Origin: Eledone cirrhosa
Taxonomy: Eukaryota
Direction of reading: 5' to 3'
NCBI GenBank assembly: GCA_964016885.1
Contig: OZ024757.1
Location: 31,682,001-31,746,000, forward strand
Length of the DNA: 64,000 nt
Of this stretch, positions 13,390 to 30,081 are shown piece after piece. Position 1 is the first letter of the stretch. The number at the start of each line of letters is the position of its first letter. The notes beneath the pieces are model-generated. The model did no database searches, was not told the origin of the DNA, and worked only from the letters and a program-made list of their open reading frames with translations. Both the position numbers and the translations under genes were made by a program.

Positions 13390-14315
13390 GGTGGTGTTGT
13401 TGGTGTTGTTGTAGGTGGTGTTGGTGTTGTTGTTGCTTTGATATAGTTGTTGTTTTTGATGTTGTAGGTGTTGTTGTTGTTGTAGTTGTTGGTGTTGTTG
13501 TAGGTGGTGTTGTTGTTTTAGGTGTTGTTGTTGTTGTTGTTGCTTTGAGATGTTGTTGATGTTGTAGGTGTTGTTGTTGTTAGTGTTAGTGTTGTTGTTG
13601 TTGTTGGTGTTGTTGTAGGTGGTGTTGTTGTTGTTTTAGGTGTTGTTGTTGTTGTTGTTGCTTTGAGATGTTGATGTTGTAGGTGTTGTTGTTGTTGTTA
13701 GTGTTGTTGTTTTTGTTGTAGTTGGTGGTGTTGTTGTTGTAGGTGTTGTTGTTGTTGTTGCTTTGAGATATAGAGTGGTTGTTGAGGTTGATGTAGTAGT
13801 GGTTGTTGTAGTTGTTGTAGTTGCTTTAAGATATAGAGTTGTTGTTGTTGATGTAGTAGTAGTAGTTGTTGTAGTTGTTGTTGCTTTGAGATGTAGTAGT
13901 TGTTGTAGGTGTAGTTGTTGTTGCTTTGAGATATAGAGTTGTAGTAGTTGTTGTAGTAGTTGTTGTAGTTGTTGTTGTTGCTTTGAGATATAGAGTTGTT
14001 GTTGTTGTTGTTGATGTTGTAGTAGTAGTTGTTGTAGTTGTTGTTGTTGCTTTGAGATATAGAGTTGTTGATGTTGTTGTAGGTGTTGTTGTTGTAGTTG
14101 TTGTTGCTTTGAGATATAGAGTTGTTGTTGATGTTGTTGTTGATGTTGTAGTAGTAGTTGTTGTTGATGTTGATGTTGTTGTACAGTAGTAGTAGTTGAT
14201 GTTGTAGTAGGTGTTGTGGTTGTACAGTAGTAGTAGGTGTTGTGGTTGTACAGTAGTAGTAGGTGTTGTGGTTGTACAGTAGTAGTAGTAGTAGTAGTTG
14301 TTGATGTTGTAGTGG
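13390..14315. repeat. (GTT)n-based compound repeat with recurring gctttgagatatagagtt spacer
   Basis: spacer repeated about 7 times among GTT/GTA triplets. Confidence 0.8.
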
Positions 14316-14799
14316 CGGAAAAAGGATATTTTTTTCTAAACGTATGGTAGTTCATGAGACCTTTATTTCTTTCTTTCTTTCTTTCTTCTTGTTCTTCTTC
14401 TTCTTTACTTGGAGATTTCGTGCTTGTGTTTAGTCATATAGAAAAAATACAAAACAACAACAACAACCACCACAACCACAACCACCACCACAACCACCAC
14501 CACCACCACCACAACCACCACCGCAACCACCACCACAACTACAACCACCACCACAACCACAACCACCACCACAACCACAACTACCTTCTCCACCACCACA
14601 ACCACCACCACAACCACCACCACCACCATTTCAACTATAATAAACAAATTCTTTGTATTAAACACTATAAAAACATCAATAATTCGAGTAAATAGGAGAA
14701 AATGTGGAATATAGGTTATATAGAATGGATATGTAACTGTCTGTCTGTCTGTCGTGTGTGTGTGTGTGTATATATATATAATGTGTGTGTGTATGTATG

Positions 14800-14834
<35 letters not shown>

Positions 14835-14862
14835 ATATATATATATAATGTGTGTATGTATG

Positions 14863-14893
<31 letters not shown>

Positions 14894-14894
14894 A

Positions 14895-15012
14895 TGTGTA
14901 TCTGAATACATGTATGTGTATATATATATGTGTGTGTGTGTGTGTGTATCTGAATACATGTATGTGTATATATATATATATGTGTGTGTGTGTATCTGAA
15001 TACATGTATGTG

Positions 15013-15045
<33 letters not shown>

Positions 15046-15062
15046 ATCTGAATACATGTATG

Positions 15063-15099
<37 letters not shown>

Positions 15100-15112
15100 A
15101 TCTGAATACATG

Positions 15113-15151
<39 letters not shown>

Positions 15152-15180
15152 ATCTGAATACATGTATGTGTATATATATA
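14895..15180. repeat. Minisatellite with core gtatctgaatacatgtatgt
   Basis: 6 copies separated by variable (TA)(TG) runs. Confidence 0.85.
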
Positions 15181-15522
15181 TATATAACGAAGGAGGTGTG
15201 GTAAGGAACCAGAGATGGACCATAACGCACCAGAGTACTCATTACTTAGGGTAGTAGAGTGGGTAATAGGTAAATGTTTAACCCCGACGGCAGAGCTGAA
15301 GCCGTTTCGACGGCTATTTCTGGACATACGTCGATATCCGACGTATGGGCGTCCAACAAAAGTTAAATGTGACAAAGTGAACTGATGTTGAACTACCCAC
15401 ACAAAGTTTTGTTTTAAGTGGCTTGTGTAGGACCAAACACTCTTTTTGGAACTGACGACACCTATCTTCGGGGCAAATGTTTGCCACGGAAAATACAACC
15501 AGGGATATATATATATATATAT

Positions 15523-15965
15523 AGGGCGGGTAAAATTCCTGAGATCCATGGACGAGTTCTCTCCAACGGTCTCTGTCCCTCATCATCGCTGCCATGTCCT
15601 GCGTCTCCCAGAGACCAGTGTCTGCCCTTAGGGCATCAACATATGTCAACCTCGGTCTTCCTCTTCCAGTGTGTCCATGCGGACAGGGACTCCCACAGGA
15701 GCACTGAGTGCAATGTCAACTCTGGATGTCGGTGAGCATGTCCAGCTAACCTCAGTCTCCTCTGTGCTACTCTCGGGCTGACTTTTGGGAGGCTCCCGTA
15801 CAGCTCTGAGTTCTTTATCCTCAATGTGTACTGATTAATGTTTAGAGCCATCCTCAGCATTCTCGTGTAGCACCCATCCACCATCTGATTGAGCTTCTTG
15901 GTCAGTGTCAGAGTCTCAGACCCGTACGGCAGCACAGACTCCACTACAGCAACGAAGAGACGGAT
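15523..15965 (-). mobile_element. RTE-like LINE 3' fragment (frameshifted)
   Basis: VESVLPYGSETLTLTKKL...RRLRLAGHAHRH...GRPRLTYVDAL...DRDRWR; 3' end abuts (TA)n; related 3' end at 36751-36900. Confidence 0.85.
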
Positions 15966-15970
15966 GTATA

Positions 15971-16146
15971 TACGAGGTGTGTCAGAAAAGTTTCAGGACT
16001 GATGTCATAAAAGATTTATTTCAAACCCAAACTTCACACTAAGAGTTTTCTCCTTCAAAGTAATCCCCCTGGAGTCTAATGCACTTTTCCACCCTTTTCT
16101 GCCACGCTTGCATGCATTCCTGGAAGGATTCTTCCGGGATCCTCCT
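15971..16146 (-). mobile_element. Mariner transposon 3' end (transposase C-terminus plus TIR)
   Basis: minus strand encodes IPEESFQECMQAWQKRVEKCIRLQGDYFEGENS* (stop 16039-16041); terminus TACGAGG at 15971. Confidence 0.8.
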
Positions 16147-16147
16147 C

Positions 16148-17536
16148 TGGCGTAGCAGCATCATCATTAACTGCTACAAGGGTAAAGGAGATGCCCTAGA
16201 TAGGAGTAACTATAGAGGCATTAAATTAATCGACCAGGTCATGAAGGTCACAGAAAAAGTAATAGCGCAACTAATCAGAGAGAGAATTGATCTAGATGAA
16301 ATGCAGTTCGGGTTTGTGTCAGGTAAAAGTACCACATACGCTCTTTTCATTGTACGACAACTACAGGAGAAGTACCTAGCTAAAAGTAAACCCCTATACT
16401 TAGCTTTTGTCGACTTGGAGAAAGCCTTCGACAGAGTCCCCCGTTCCATTATCTGGTGGGCTCTTAGAAAACTAGGTGTTGATGAATGGCTTGTGAGAGC
16501 TATACAAGCCATGTATAAAGAAACAGTCAGCAAGGTTAGAATTAACAACGAATATAGTGAAGGGTTTAGCGTAAAAGTTGGTGTTCATCAGGGCTCCGTT
16601 CTTAGCCCCCTACTATTTATTATTGCCCTTCAGGCTATAACAGTGGAGTTCAAGACCGGCTGCCCATGGGAACTCCTATACGCAGATGATCTAACGCTCA
16701 TAGCTGAATCAATGGCCGAATTAGAGAAGAAATTCCAAACATGGAAGCATGGCCTAGAATCAAAAGGCCTTAAAATTAACTTGTCTAAGACTAAAGTTCT
16801 AGTTTGTAGGAAGGAAAATAGGGCATCGGTCCCATCCGGGAAATCGCCATGCTCAGTGTGTAGGAAAGGAGTAGGTAGAAATTCGATTTTATGTCCCAAA
16901 TGCAGAGTATGGGTGCATAAAAGATGTAGTGGGATCACAGGTAAGCTAACTAAGAACATAGATTTTATATGTGGCCGGTGCTCTGGTGCAATAAGTAGCA
17001 GCAAGTGCCCACAGAATACTAGCTCATTCCATTGCACAGATGGTTCTATAGAAATAGTGGACAGCTTCCGTTACCTGGCTGACGAAATCAGCAGTGGGGG
17101 AGGGTGCTCTGAAAGTACAGTAGCTAGAGTCAGAACTGGATGGAAAAAGTTCAGAGAGCTTATACCACAATTAGCCGCTAAAGGGTTCTCCCTAAAAATG
17201 AAAGGCAGGCTGTATGATGCCTGCATACGAACAGCAATGTTACATGGCAGTGAGACCTGGGTATTGTGTGCAGAGGATATACGTAGACTGGAGAGGAACG
17301 AAGCTTGCATGCTCCGCTGGATGTGTAATAGTAATATACGTGAACGGCAAAGCATAAACGAACTAAGGGAAAAATTAGGAATAAGAGGGATCAGATGTTG
17401 TTTACTCGAGAGAAGACTACGTTGGTATGGTCACGTGATGCGCATGAAAGACGACAGCTGTATAAAAAAGTACAGGGCAATAAAAATAGACGGTAGCCAC
17501 GCTGTAGGCAGACCCAGAAAAACCTGGGACGACTGA
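16148..17536 (+). CDS. LINE reverse transcriptase (partial, no endonuclease) with Cys/His zinc-finger insert
   Basis: motifs NYRGIKL, QFGF, FVDLEKAFD, GVHQGSVLSP, LLYADD, RLRWYGHV, GRPRKTW; the first ~23 aa of the listed ORF (from 16079) are antisense mariner sequence. Confidence 0.9.
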   Translation, partial: WRSSIIINCYKGKGDALDRSNYRGIKLIDQVMKVTEKVIAQLIRERIDLDEMQFGFVSGKSTTYALFIVRQLQEKYLAKSKPLYLAFVDLEKAFDRVPRSIIWWALRKLGVDEWLVRAIQAMYKETVSKVRINNEYSEGFSVKVGVHQGSVLSPLLFIIALQAITVEFKTGCPWELLYADDLTLIAESMAELEKKFQTWKHGLESKGLKINLSKTKVLVCRKENRASVPSGKSPCSVCRKGVGRNSILCPKCRVWVHKRCSGITGKLTKNIDFICGRCSGAISSSKCPQNTSSFHCTDGSIEIVDSFRYLADEISSGGGCSESTVARVRTGWKKFRELIPQLAAKGFSLKMKGRLYDACIRTAMLHGSETWVLCAEDIRRLERNEACMLRWMCNSNIRERQSINELREKLGIRGIRCCLLERRLRWYGHVMRMKDDSCIKKYRAIKIDGSHAVGRPRKTWDD

Positions 17537-18043
17537 TAAATTCCGACCTCACACACTTACACCTCTCCAAGACAATGTCACTAGACCGAGATCTTTGGCG
17601 CTACACAGTAATAGAGAAGACCCGCCTTACCTAAGTACAAAGTGAAACCTACTACAGTCAGTAGGCACCTCTAACAAAATAAACCCCGTCCCACTACCCC
17701 CACCACATCCACACCACCCCTTTCAATGTAAAGTTATGTTGGTACCACAACATCCAGCCCGAAACAAATGAGATCGTGTCGGTGTCACGACAAAAAAACA
17801 CACAGTCCACGCTGTAATGTGGCCGTGTAGGTAACACGGTAAAAACCTCCCAGTTCCACACTGTAAATGTGGTTGGTGTTAGGAAGGGCATCCAGCCGTA
17901 GAAAACCCGCCAGACAGACAGTTCTATGCGAGCAAGACAACCACTCTTGCCTCAAATGGGAAAACTCCCGTCCAAACCCATGCAACCGTGGAATTTGGAC
18001 GTTAAACGATGATGATAATAATGATAAGGATGATGATGATGAT
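16148..18043 (+). mobile_element. 5'-truncated RTE-clade LINE with (GAT)n tail
   Basis: RT ORF followed by 3' UTR ending ggacgttaaacgatgatgat... Confidence 0.9.
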
Positions 18044-18058
18044 ATATATATCTATATA

Positions 18059-18098
<40 letters not shown>

Positions 18099-18173
18099 CA
18101 CGTGCGTATGTCTTAATTTAGGTATAAATTCGTGCGTGTTTGTGTGGGTAGAGTTTTATATAAAAACACCCAA

Positions 18174-20960
<2,787 letters not shown>

Positions 20961-21010
20961 TATATGTATATATATGTCGTATCTATTTATTTATAAGACT
21001 GTTTATATTG

Positions 21011-21076
21011 TATTTTGTCTGAAGATGGCATAACATATTGTTAATATGATATCCCTGAAATATATATAACGAAATA
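21011..21076 (+). ncRNA. Type I hammerhead ribozyme (family B), within element ~20995-21207
   Basis: tattttgt CTGAAGA(21019-25) tggcat...atccct GAAA(21057-60) TATATA TA acgaaata. Confidence 0.75.
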
Positions 21077-21223
21077 AATATCGTTTTATAAATATAATTT
21101 CCATTTATTTAATATCATAAATATACTCCAAATACTTGTTGAGTGCTTTTATATCAGTTATAAATATTTACTCGTTGTTAACCCAACAATTTAAATATAA
21201 CTTTCCATGTATACATATATATA

Positions 21224-21259
<36 letters not shown>

Positions 21260-21268
21260 TATATATAT

Positions 21269-21311
<43 letters not shown>

Positions 21312-21404
21312 TATATATATAGATATATATATAGATATATATAGATATATATATAGATATATATATATATATATATATATAGATATATATATAGATATAT
21401 ATAT

Positions 21405-21471
<67 letters not shown>

Positions 21472-21575
21472 TATATAGATATATATACATATATATATAT
21501 TTATATATAGATATATATACATATAGATATATATATATGTAAATATATCTATATATATATATATATGTAAATATA

Positions 21576-21634
<59 letters not shown>

Positions 21635-21936
21635 TCACATACACACATGTATATACACACATATATAGAGAGACAGATGCATATACACATACATATATGT
21701 AAGTGCACGTCGGATTTGCTTTTCTTCTTCTATGGATAAACAGTAAAATACATTCTACTTCTCTAGTGAACTAAATATTTTTTATATGTTATCTCGAGAA
21801 AGAGACATTGCAGTGTAACATTTATTTTTCCAAAAGGTAACATTGTATTTACATCTATGATAAATAACAACGCCCCCCCACCCTCCCGCACACACTATCA
21901 CTACGGCTACCGTCACCGCCACCGCCAACTACGCCT

Positions 21937-21972
<36 letters not shown>

Positions 21973-22186
21973 TATGTATACGTACCTACATATATGTATA
22001 CAGACGTACAGTAGTATGTATATATATATATATATATATACATACATGAACACTTATATATATATGTATGGATTCGCCGAATATTTATTATAATGCTCGG
22101 TTTGTTTGTAAACAAACATCCCGAATTAAGCCGTACAGTTTTTAGCAACCATCGTTGCCCTTTTGAAATTTCGTTTCATTTTTTCC

Positions 22187-22233
<47 letters not shown>

Positions 22234-22664
22234 TAAAAAGGAAAAGAAAATGCTGACAAATTTTTCCCAGTGAAAAATAGTTTAATTAGGAATAAATATA
22301 AATTAGTAATAAGTACTGGTTAGTATTCAGTTTTAGTTTTAATCTTTTACCGGTTGCGCATTTCTAATGCTTTTCAAAAATAATTTCGAGATAGAGCGCT
22401 TGTGACGTTTGCTCTAATCTCTCTCTCTCTCTATATATAGTAATAATAATAAATATGAAGACTAAAATCCAAAGAGGGCTCAATAAGGATAAATATATAT
22501 CAAATATATAAGAACCCTAGAGCCTGTTATTTGAATATATATATATATAATATATAACCACCTTCTCCTACCACCAGGAAAGCTATAACAGTGATAGTCC
22601 TGTAGAAGCCATTTCTATATATATTATATATATATATATATATATATGTATATAATATATAAAT

Positions 22665-22715
22665 GGCTTCTACAGGACTGTCACTGTTTCATTCGGGAGA
22701 AATCATCAGGAAGCC
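22665..22715 (-). ncRNA. Type I hammerhead ribozyme with full stem III (family E)
   Basis: reverse complement reads ggcttc CTGATGA tttc-tccc-gaat GAAA cag-tgacagtc-ctg TA gaagcc. Confidence 0.85.
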
Positions 22716-22873
22716 GACTGTTCAAGTAATGTGGTGGTATTTATACCTTTTCTGGTGGTAGGAGAGGCTGGTGTTTGGGATGTGTGGGGGGTCATTGGTT
22801 GATGGCTTTAAAGAGAAGGGAATTCTTTAAAAACTACATTTAGAGAACAAAGGCAGCAAGATTTCAAGCTAAG

Positions 22874-22906
<33 letters not shown>

Positions 22907-22931
22907 CTATATATATATATATATATATATA

Positions 22932-23110
22932 ATTGTTTCTACTTTTGGCACAAAGCCAGCAATTACCCCAGTACATTACTGGTACTTTATTTTATCGACC
23001 CCGTAAGGATGAAAGGCAAAGTTAACCTCGGCGGGATTTGAACTCAGATCATAAAGGGACGTAACTCTATGCTTCAAAGCATGGTGTCCAACTCTCTACC
23101 GATACTGCCA
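22932..23110 (-). mobile_element. tRNA/Nin-like SINE
   Basis: similar to 11878-12054. Confidence 0.85.
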
Positions 23111-23136
23111 ATCCACCGCGCTTTATATATATAATG

Positions 23137-23360
23137 GAAGCACGTGACCTTGTGGTTAGGGTGTTGGACTTATGAGCATAACGTTGTGTGTTCAATTCCT
23201 GGACTTGAGCAAAACTCTTCATTCCATGTTGCTGCAGTATATGCAACTGAAAATGAGTATCAGCATTAGCTGGGAGTTCAATCCTGCGATGGTCTGGCGT
23301 CCTGTCCAGTAACGTGCTCTCAGTCATTTAACGCTATGGAAACCGGGGTAAGCCTCTGGG
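23137..23360 (+). mobile_element. tRNA-derived SINE with Meta-like domain
   Basis: A box gtggttagggtg, B box gttcaattcc, cctgcgatggtctggcgtcctgtccag and gctatggaaaccgg. Confidence 0.65.
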
Positions 23361-23377
23361 TCTTGAAACAGACTTTA

Positions 23378-23903
<526 letters not shown>

Positions 23904-24219
23904 TGGCTGAGAGAAAGGAGCACTGAATGCCGAAGTAGAGTTTTAATATTCCTTTTATTAAGGGTGAATAGTGAGTTTTGCTACACTGGAGTTTCACCTA
24001 TTTATCACAGGGTCGTCTGACAAGCACTACGCGAAACTACAGAGTAACAAATCTCACTGTTCAGCCTTAAAATGAACAAAGTGTGTGTGTGTGTGTGTGT
24101 TTAAAAGGTAAACAGGAATAACAAAAGAAAACGACACAGTACTTGGAAGAAATATATTAGTTTTGAAAATTTGAAATAGCAGGCAGATAGTCTTAACGTT
24201 TTGGACAACACTAGCCCTT

Positions 24220-24552
24220 CATTTTACTGAGAGTGTATGTGAAAGTACTGGTTTATGACCCACTTCCCTCTCCACTTTTCCTGCAAATCTAGAGAAGCTC
24301 CAATACAGAAACATTAACACACTAGACACTATTAGCCAAGACTTGCTCCAGCGTCTTTGGTAGAAGGTGGACTACAGATACGACGTCTGTCGTATCTCAA
24401 GCGGCGGACATATTGAAATTTTGAAAATCTTCCATGGAATCCACATTTCTTTGAATTTCTCATTCAAATTTTGTAGAATAAATCTTATGTTGCTCAACAT
24501 CAAGCTTGTTCAGTCTCGTTGTCCTAGACTCAGTAGTTTCTGGGATATTTAT
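24220..24552 (+). pseudogene. Tc1/mariner-superfamily transposase C-terminal remnant
   Basis: YVKVLVYDPLP / LEKLQYR...ISQDLLQRLW*KVDYRYDVCRISSGGHIEIL resembles the DMLQRVW.ELDYR.DVCR..GAHIE ending; contains a stop and a frameshift. Confidence 0.7.
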
Positions 24553-24569
24553 AACTCAAATGGTATCTT

Positions 24570-24746
24570 GGCAGTATCGGTAGAGGATCGGACGCCATGC
24601 TTTGGCGCATAGAGTTACGGCCCTTGCCATTCTGAGTTCAAATCCCGTCGAGGTTAACTTTGCCTTTCATCCTTACAGGGTCGATAAAATAAAGTACCAG
24701 TAATACACTGGGTAATTGCTGGCCTTGTGCCAAAAGTAGAAACAAT
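24570..24746 (+). mobile_element. tRNA/Nin-like SINE
   Basis: ggcagtatcggtagag...gagttcaaatcc...gcctttcatcc...aaaagtagaaacaat. Confidence 0.85.
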
Positions 24747-24767
24747 TATTTGTATATATATACCTGA

Positions 24768-24828
<61 letters not shown>

Positions 24829-24907
24829 AGGAGCGACTAGTTGGTGAGAGAGAATATACACACGTTTATACATATGTATGTGTGTGTCATGTTCTTTCCG
24901 TTGTCTT

Positions 24908-24961
<54 letters not shown>

Positions 24962-25457
24962 GTATGTATATATATATATAAATGTATATATATATAAATG
25001 TGTATATATATATATATATGTGTGTATATATATACATATATGTTTATATATGTTTATATATTTATATATGTTTATATATGTATATATATATATATACAAA
25101 TATATATATATATATATGTGTATATATATACATATATGTTTATATATATATATGTTTATATATATATGTATATATATACATATATGTGTATATATATATA
25201 TTATATATATATATATATAAATGTATATATATATATGTGTATATATATACATATATGTTTATATATGTTTATATATATATATACATATATGTTTATATAT
25301 GTTTATATATATACATATATGTTTATATATGTTTATATATATATATACATATATGTTTATATATGTTTATATATATATATACATATATGTTTATATATGT
25401 TTATATATATATATATGTATGTATACATATATGTTTATATATGGTTGTTTATAGATT

Positions 25458-25492
<35 letters not shown>

Positions 25493-25734
25493 CTACCTGG
25501 AGTTGCGACCGATAGATAGTATTAGCAATTGGAAGGACCAACGGAAACATTGTTCCCTTGGTCCGATTTGACGAAAGTCGATCGCTCCTTAATATATATA
25601 TATGTTTATATATGTTTATATTAAATATATATATATATATGTTTATATATGTTTATATTATATATATATATGTATATATATTTATATATATATATATACA
25701 CATATGTTTATATATATTTATTTATATATATATA

Positions 25735-26097
25735 AGTAGAAGGGATATTCAATTTGTTGGTAATTCAACAAATATAAATGTTTATAACTGATTCAGAGCA
25801 CTCTACAGTTTTCTGGAGTATAATATACAATGATATTAAATAAATGGAAACTATATTTATAAAACCATATTTATTCTATTATATATATTTCAAGGGTACC
25901 ATAATTTTGGTATGCTATCATCAGATAAAATACAAAATGTTAAGGTATGTCCTCCTTGGTTATGTCAAAATTTATAAAACACACTTCGTATTTTATCTGA
26001 TGATAGCTACCAATATTTTGGTACCCTTGAAAAATATATATAATAGAATAAATATGGTTTTATAAATATAGTTTCCATTTATTTAATATCATTGTAG

Positions 26098-26100
<3 letters not shown>
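25735..26100. mobile_element. Fold-back HHR element, family B variant (HHR - at 25872-25932, + at 25989-26050)
   Basis: inverted arms; tattttat CTGATGA ... GAAA tatata TA atagaata on both strands; the + copy has an extra AA after GAAA. Confidence 0.8.
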
Positions 26101-26142
<42 letters not shown>

Positions 26143-26288
26143 ATGTATTTTTATATATATATATATTTATATATGCATGCATATATGTATATATGTGTGT
26201 GTATCTATACATGTATCTATATATATATGTGGATCACTATTCCGTCGGCTTCGATTAGTGTATATATATATATATATGTATATATATG

Positions 26289-26323
<35 letters not shown>

Positions 26324-26677
26324 AGATGTATATATATTGATAAACATATCCATACACTGTTTCTCGAATTAATTGTTGCTTTTTGGCATTGTTTCAAATT
26401 TTTTAGAGATGTTAGTACTGTTGTGGTTCCACTACTGAGGCTACTTCAGGCGTTCAAATATCGAAGACGAGACTTCGTGGTTTCGAGTGCAGCATTAAAC
26501 GTTCATTTCACGCAGGCGCAACACCACTAGCATTCTGACATTTTTTTCTCTCCCCTCTCTCTTCCAGACATCAAACGATTACAACCCTCCTCCAAACACA
26601 CACACACACACACAGGCATTTATATATACACACACATACGCGCACACACACACACGCACACGCACGCACACGCACGC

Positions 26678-26742
<65 letters not shown>

Positions 26743-26750
26743 CAGATAAA

Positions 26751-26830
<80 letters not shown>

Positions 26831-26913
26831 CAAACACATATACATATACCTACACGCACACAAACATATATATATATACACACATATTTATATGCACACA
26901 CTCACACACACAC

Positions 26914-26954
<41 letters not shown>

Positions 26955-27670
26955 CATACATAATCATTCGAAATAATCATAAGAAGAAGATTTAAGTGAA
27001 AGCAATGTTAAAATAGGCGCTAGGAAAATGAGATTCTTTGATCTGTCTGTGACTCAACAAGACACAAAATAGACGCCGAGGAGAGAAGACATATATATAT
27101 GTATATATGTGTGTGTATCTATATATATTTGTATTTAGGTATATATACATCAATATAAATATATATGCACACGCATGCATATATATTTATATTGTAAATC
27201 AATTATTTTCTCTCCTCTCTCTCCCTTCTCTCTCTCGCTCCCCTCTATCCCCCCTCTCTCTCTCTCTCCCCTCTCTCTTCTCTCTCTCCCCTCTCTCTCT
27301 CTTCTCTCTCTCCCCTCTCTCTCTCCCCTCTCTCTCTCTCTCCTCTCTCTCTCTTCTCTCTCTCCCCTCTCTCGCTCCCCTCTCTCTCTCCTCTCTCTCT
27401 CTTATCTCTCTCCCCTCTCTCTCTCTTATCTCTATCCCCTCTCTCTCTCTTATCTCTCTCCCCTCTCTCTCTCTTCTCTCTCTCCCCTCTCTCTCTCTTC
27501 TCTCTCTCTCTCCCATCCCTCTCCCTCCATATATATATATATGTGTGTGTGTATGTGTAAATATATATATTTATACACCTCTAAATTTATATATATATAT
27601 GGTGTAATTGTGTATATATATATATATTTATACACCACTACATTTATATATATGTATATATGATGTAATG

Positions 27671-27741
<71 letters not shown>

Positions 27742-28724
27742 CACCACTACACATGTACAATTACTGATTGACTTTTGAATTGGCAGACGACCAATATCTA
27801 TATCCCGGGAAATCTAGTTACATAGATGTAGAATCGTTTCATGTATATATATAAGACTTACGTTGACCCTTTTGGTGGGAGACATGTATGTATGTATGTA
27901 TGTATGTATGTATGTATGTATGTATGTATGTATGTGTGATTATGTATATATATATGTCTATATGTTTGTGTAATTATGTATGTGTATGTGTCTGTATGTA
28001 TGTATGTATGTGTGATTATGTATATATATGTCTATGTGTGTGTAATTATGTATGTGTATGTATGTATGTATGTGTGTGATTATGTATATATGTCTGTGTG
28101 TGTAATTATGTATGTGTATGTATGTATGTATGTATGTATGTATGTATGTGTGTGATTATGTATATATGTCTGTGTGTGTAATTATGTATGTCTGTGCGTA
28201 TGTATGTATGTATGTATGTATGTGTGTGATTATGTATATATGTGTGTGTCTAATTATGTATGTATGTATGTATATATATATATGTATTTATGTGTTCATA
28301 TACGGTATATATATGGGTGTGTGTGTGTTTATATATATATATATGTGTGTGTGTGTATATGTGTGCGTGAGTGTGTGTATATATATATATATATAACTAT
28401 ATAGATATGTGTGTGTGTGTTAATATATGTGTGCGTATACATGTGTGTGTATGTATATATGTGTGAGTGTGTGTGTATGTATATATGTGTGAGTGTGTAT
28501 GTATGTGTATATATGTATGTGTATGTATATGTGTATATATATATATATATATAATATATATATACATATATATATGAAAAAAAAAAAATATATATATATG
28601 TGTGTGTATATAACTGAGAGCTGGCTGGAATCCCCAAGTGATTCATATATGTATATGTCATATACTGATCTTTTCTTCAACTACAAGTATCGAGGTAACG
28701 TCCCCCTTCGAAGTGATTTGGTGA

Positions 28725-29300
28725 CATGGTGTATATAGAGCTGAGCGTGTGTATATAGAGACTAGAGTGTATATATAGAACTGACGGTGTGTATATAGAG
28801 CTGAGAGTGTATATATATAGAACTGATGGTGTGTATATAGAATTGAGAGTCTATATATATAGAACTGATGGTGTGTATATAGAGTTGAGAGTGTATATAT
28901 ATAGAACTGATGGTGTCTATATAGAGCTGAGAGTGTATATATATAGAACTGATGGTGTGTATATAGAATTGAGAGTGTGTATATATAGAACTGATGGTGT
29001 GTATATAGAGCTGAGAGTGTATATATATAGAACTGATGGTGTGTATATAGAATTGAGAATGTGTATATATATAGAACTGATAGTGTGTATATAGAGTTGA
29101 GAGTCTATATATATAGAACTGATGGTGTGTATATAGAGCTGAGAGTGTATATATATAGAACTGATGGTGTGTATATAGAATTGAGAGTGTGTATATATAG
29201 AACTGATAGTGTGTATATAGAATTGAGAGTCTATATATATAGAACTGATGGTGTGTATATAGAGTTGGCAGTCTATATAGAGTTGACAGTTTGAGTTTGT
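28725..29300. repeat. ~42-bp minisatellite gtgtatatagagctgagagtgtatatatatagaactgatggt
   Basis: about 13 tandem copies. Confidence 0.9.
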
Positions 29301-29362
29301 GTATAGAGTTGACTGTCTATATATAGCTGACAGTGTATATAGCAGTGATAGTATGTATATAG

Positions 29363-29830
29363 AGTACGTCCTCATCAGATAAAATAAAATGATACATGAC
29401 AAACCCTGACATGGTAGATGGTTAAGATTTAATCAAGGTACTGATTAACTTATGAGAAAACTCAATATTTATACCATAATATTGAGAACTTGAGAAAACG
29501 CAATAGAATCTATTGATTCTATTGCGTTTTCTCGTAATCTATTGATTCTATTACGTTTTCTCAAGTTCTCAATATTAGGGTATACATATTGAGTTTTCTC
29601 ATAAGTTAATCACTACCTTGATTACATCTTAACCATCTACCATGTCAGGGTTTGTCATGTATCATTTTATTTTATCTGATGAGGACGTACTGTTGAACTT
29701 AATTCAGTACCTCTGAAATATGTATAATAAAATTTAATTGATCACAAGAATATCTATTTTGGTTAATATTTGAATTAATATTAATAACTCTGGAAAAAAA
29801 TTTTTTTTTTTTACTGTAGAATGCTTCCAA
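29363..29830. mobile_element. Fold-back HHR element, family C
   Basis: 29363-~29510 is inverted against ~29540-29691; HHR in the right arm. Confidence 0.8.
29669..29733 (+). ncRNA. Type I hammerhead ribozyme (family C)
   Basis: attttat CTGATGA(29676-82) ggacgtactg...cagtacctct GAAA(29715-18) tatgta TA ataaaat. Confidence 0.8.
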
Positions 29831-29880
29831 TCTACTGTAAAACTCATTCTTTGATGTATTCATTGAATCTTGTTTAACTC

Positions 29881-29917
<37 letters not shown>

Positions 29918-29941
29918 TACATACACACACACCTATACACA

Positions 29942-30081
<140 letters not shown>

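Noticed and set aside
16210-17355. Minus-strand ORFs overlapping the RT
   Set aside because: Antisense shadows of the LINE ORF
24190-24225. Family H-like HHR remnant on the minus strand
   Set aside because: Both core boxes are mutated (aatgaag, caaaacgtt); not counted
28725-29300. Regular repeats resembling a CRISPR array; they also contain ctgatgg
   Set aside because: No unique spacers, no cas genes, eukaryotic context; ctgatgg is not the HHR core and no GAAA or stems follow
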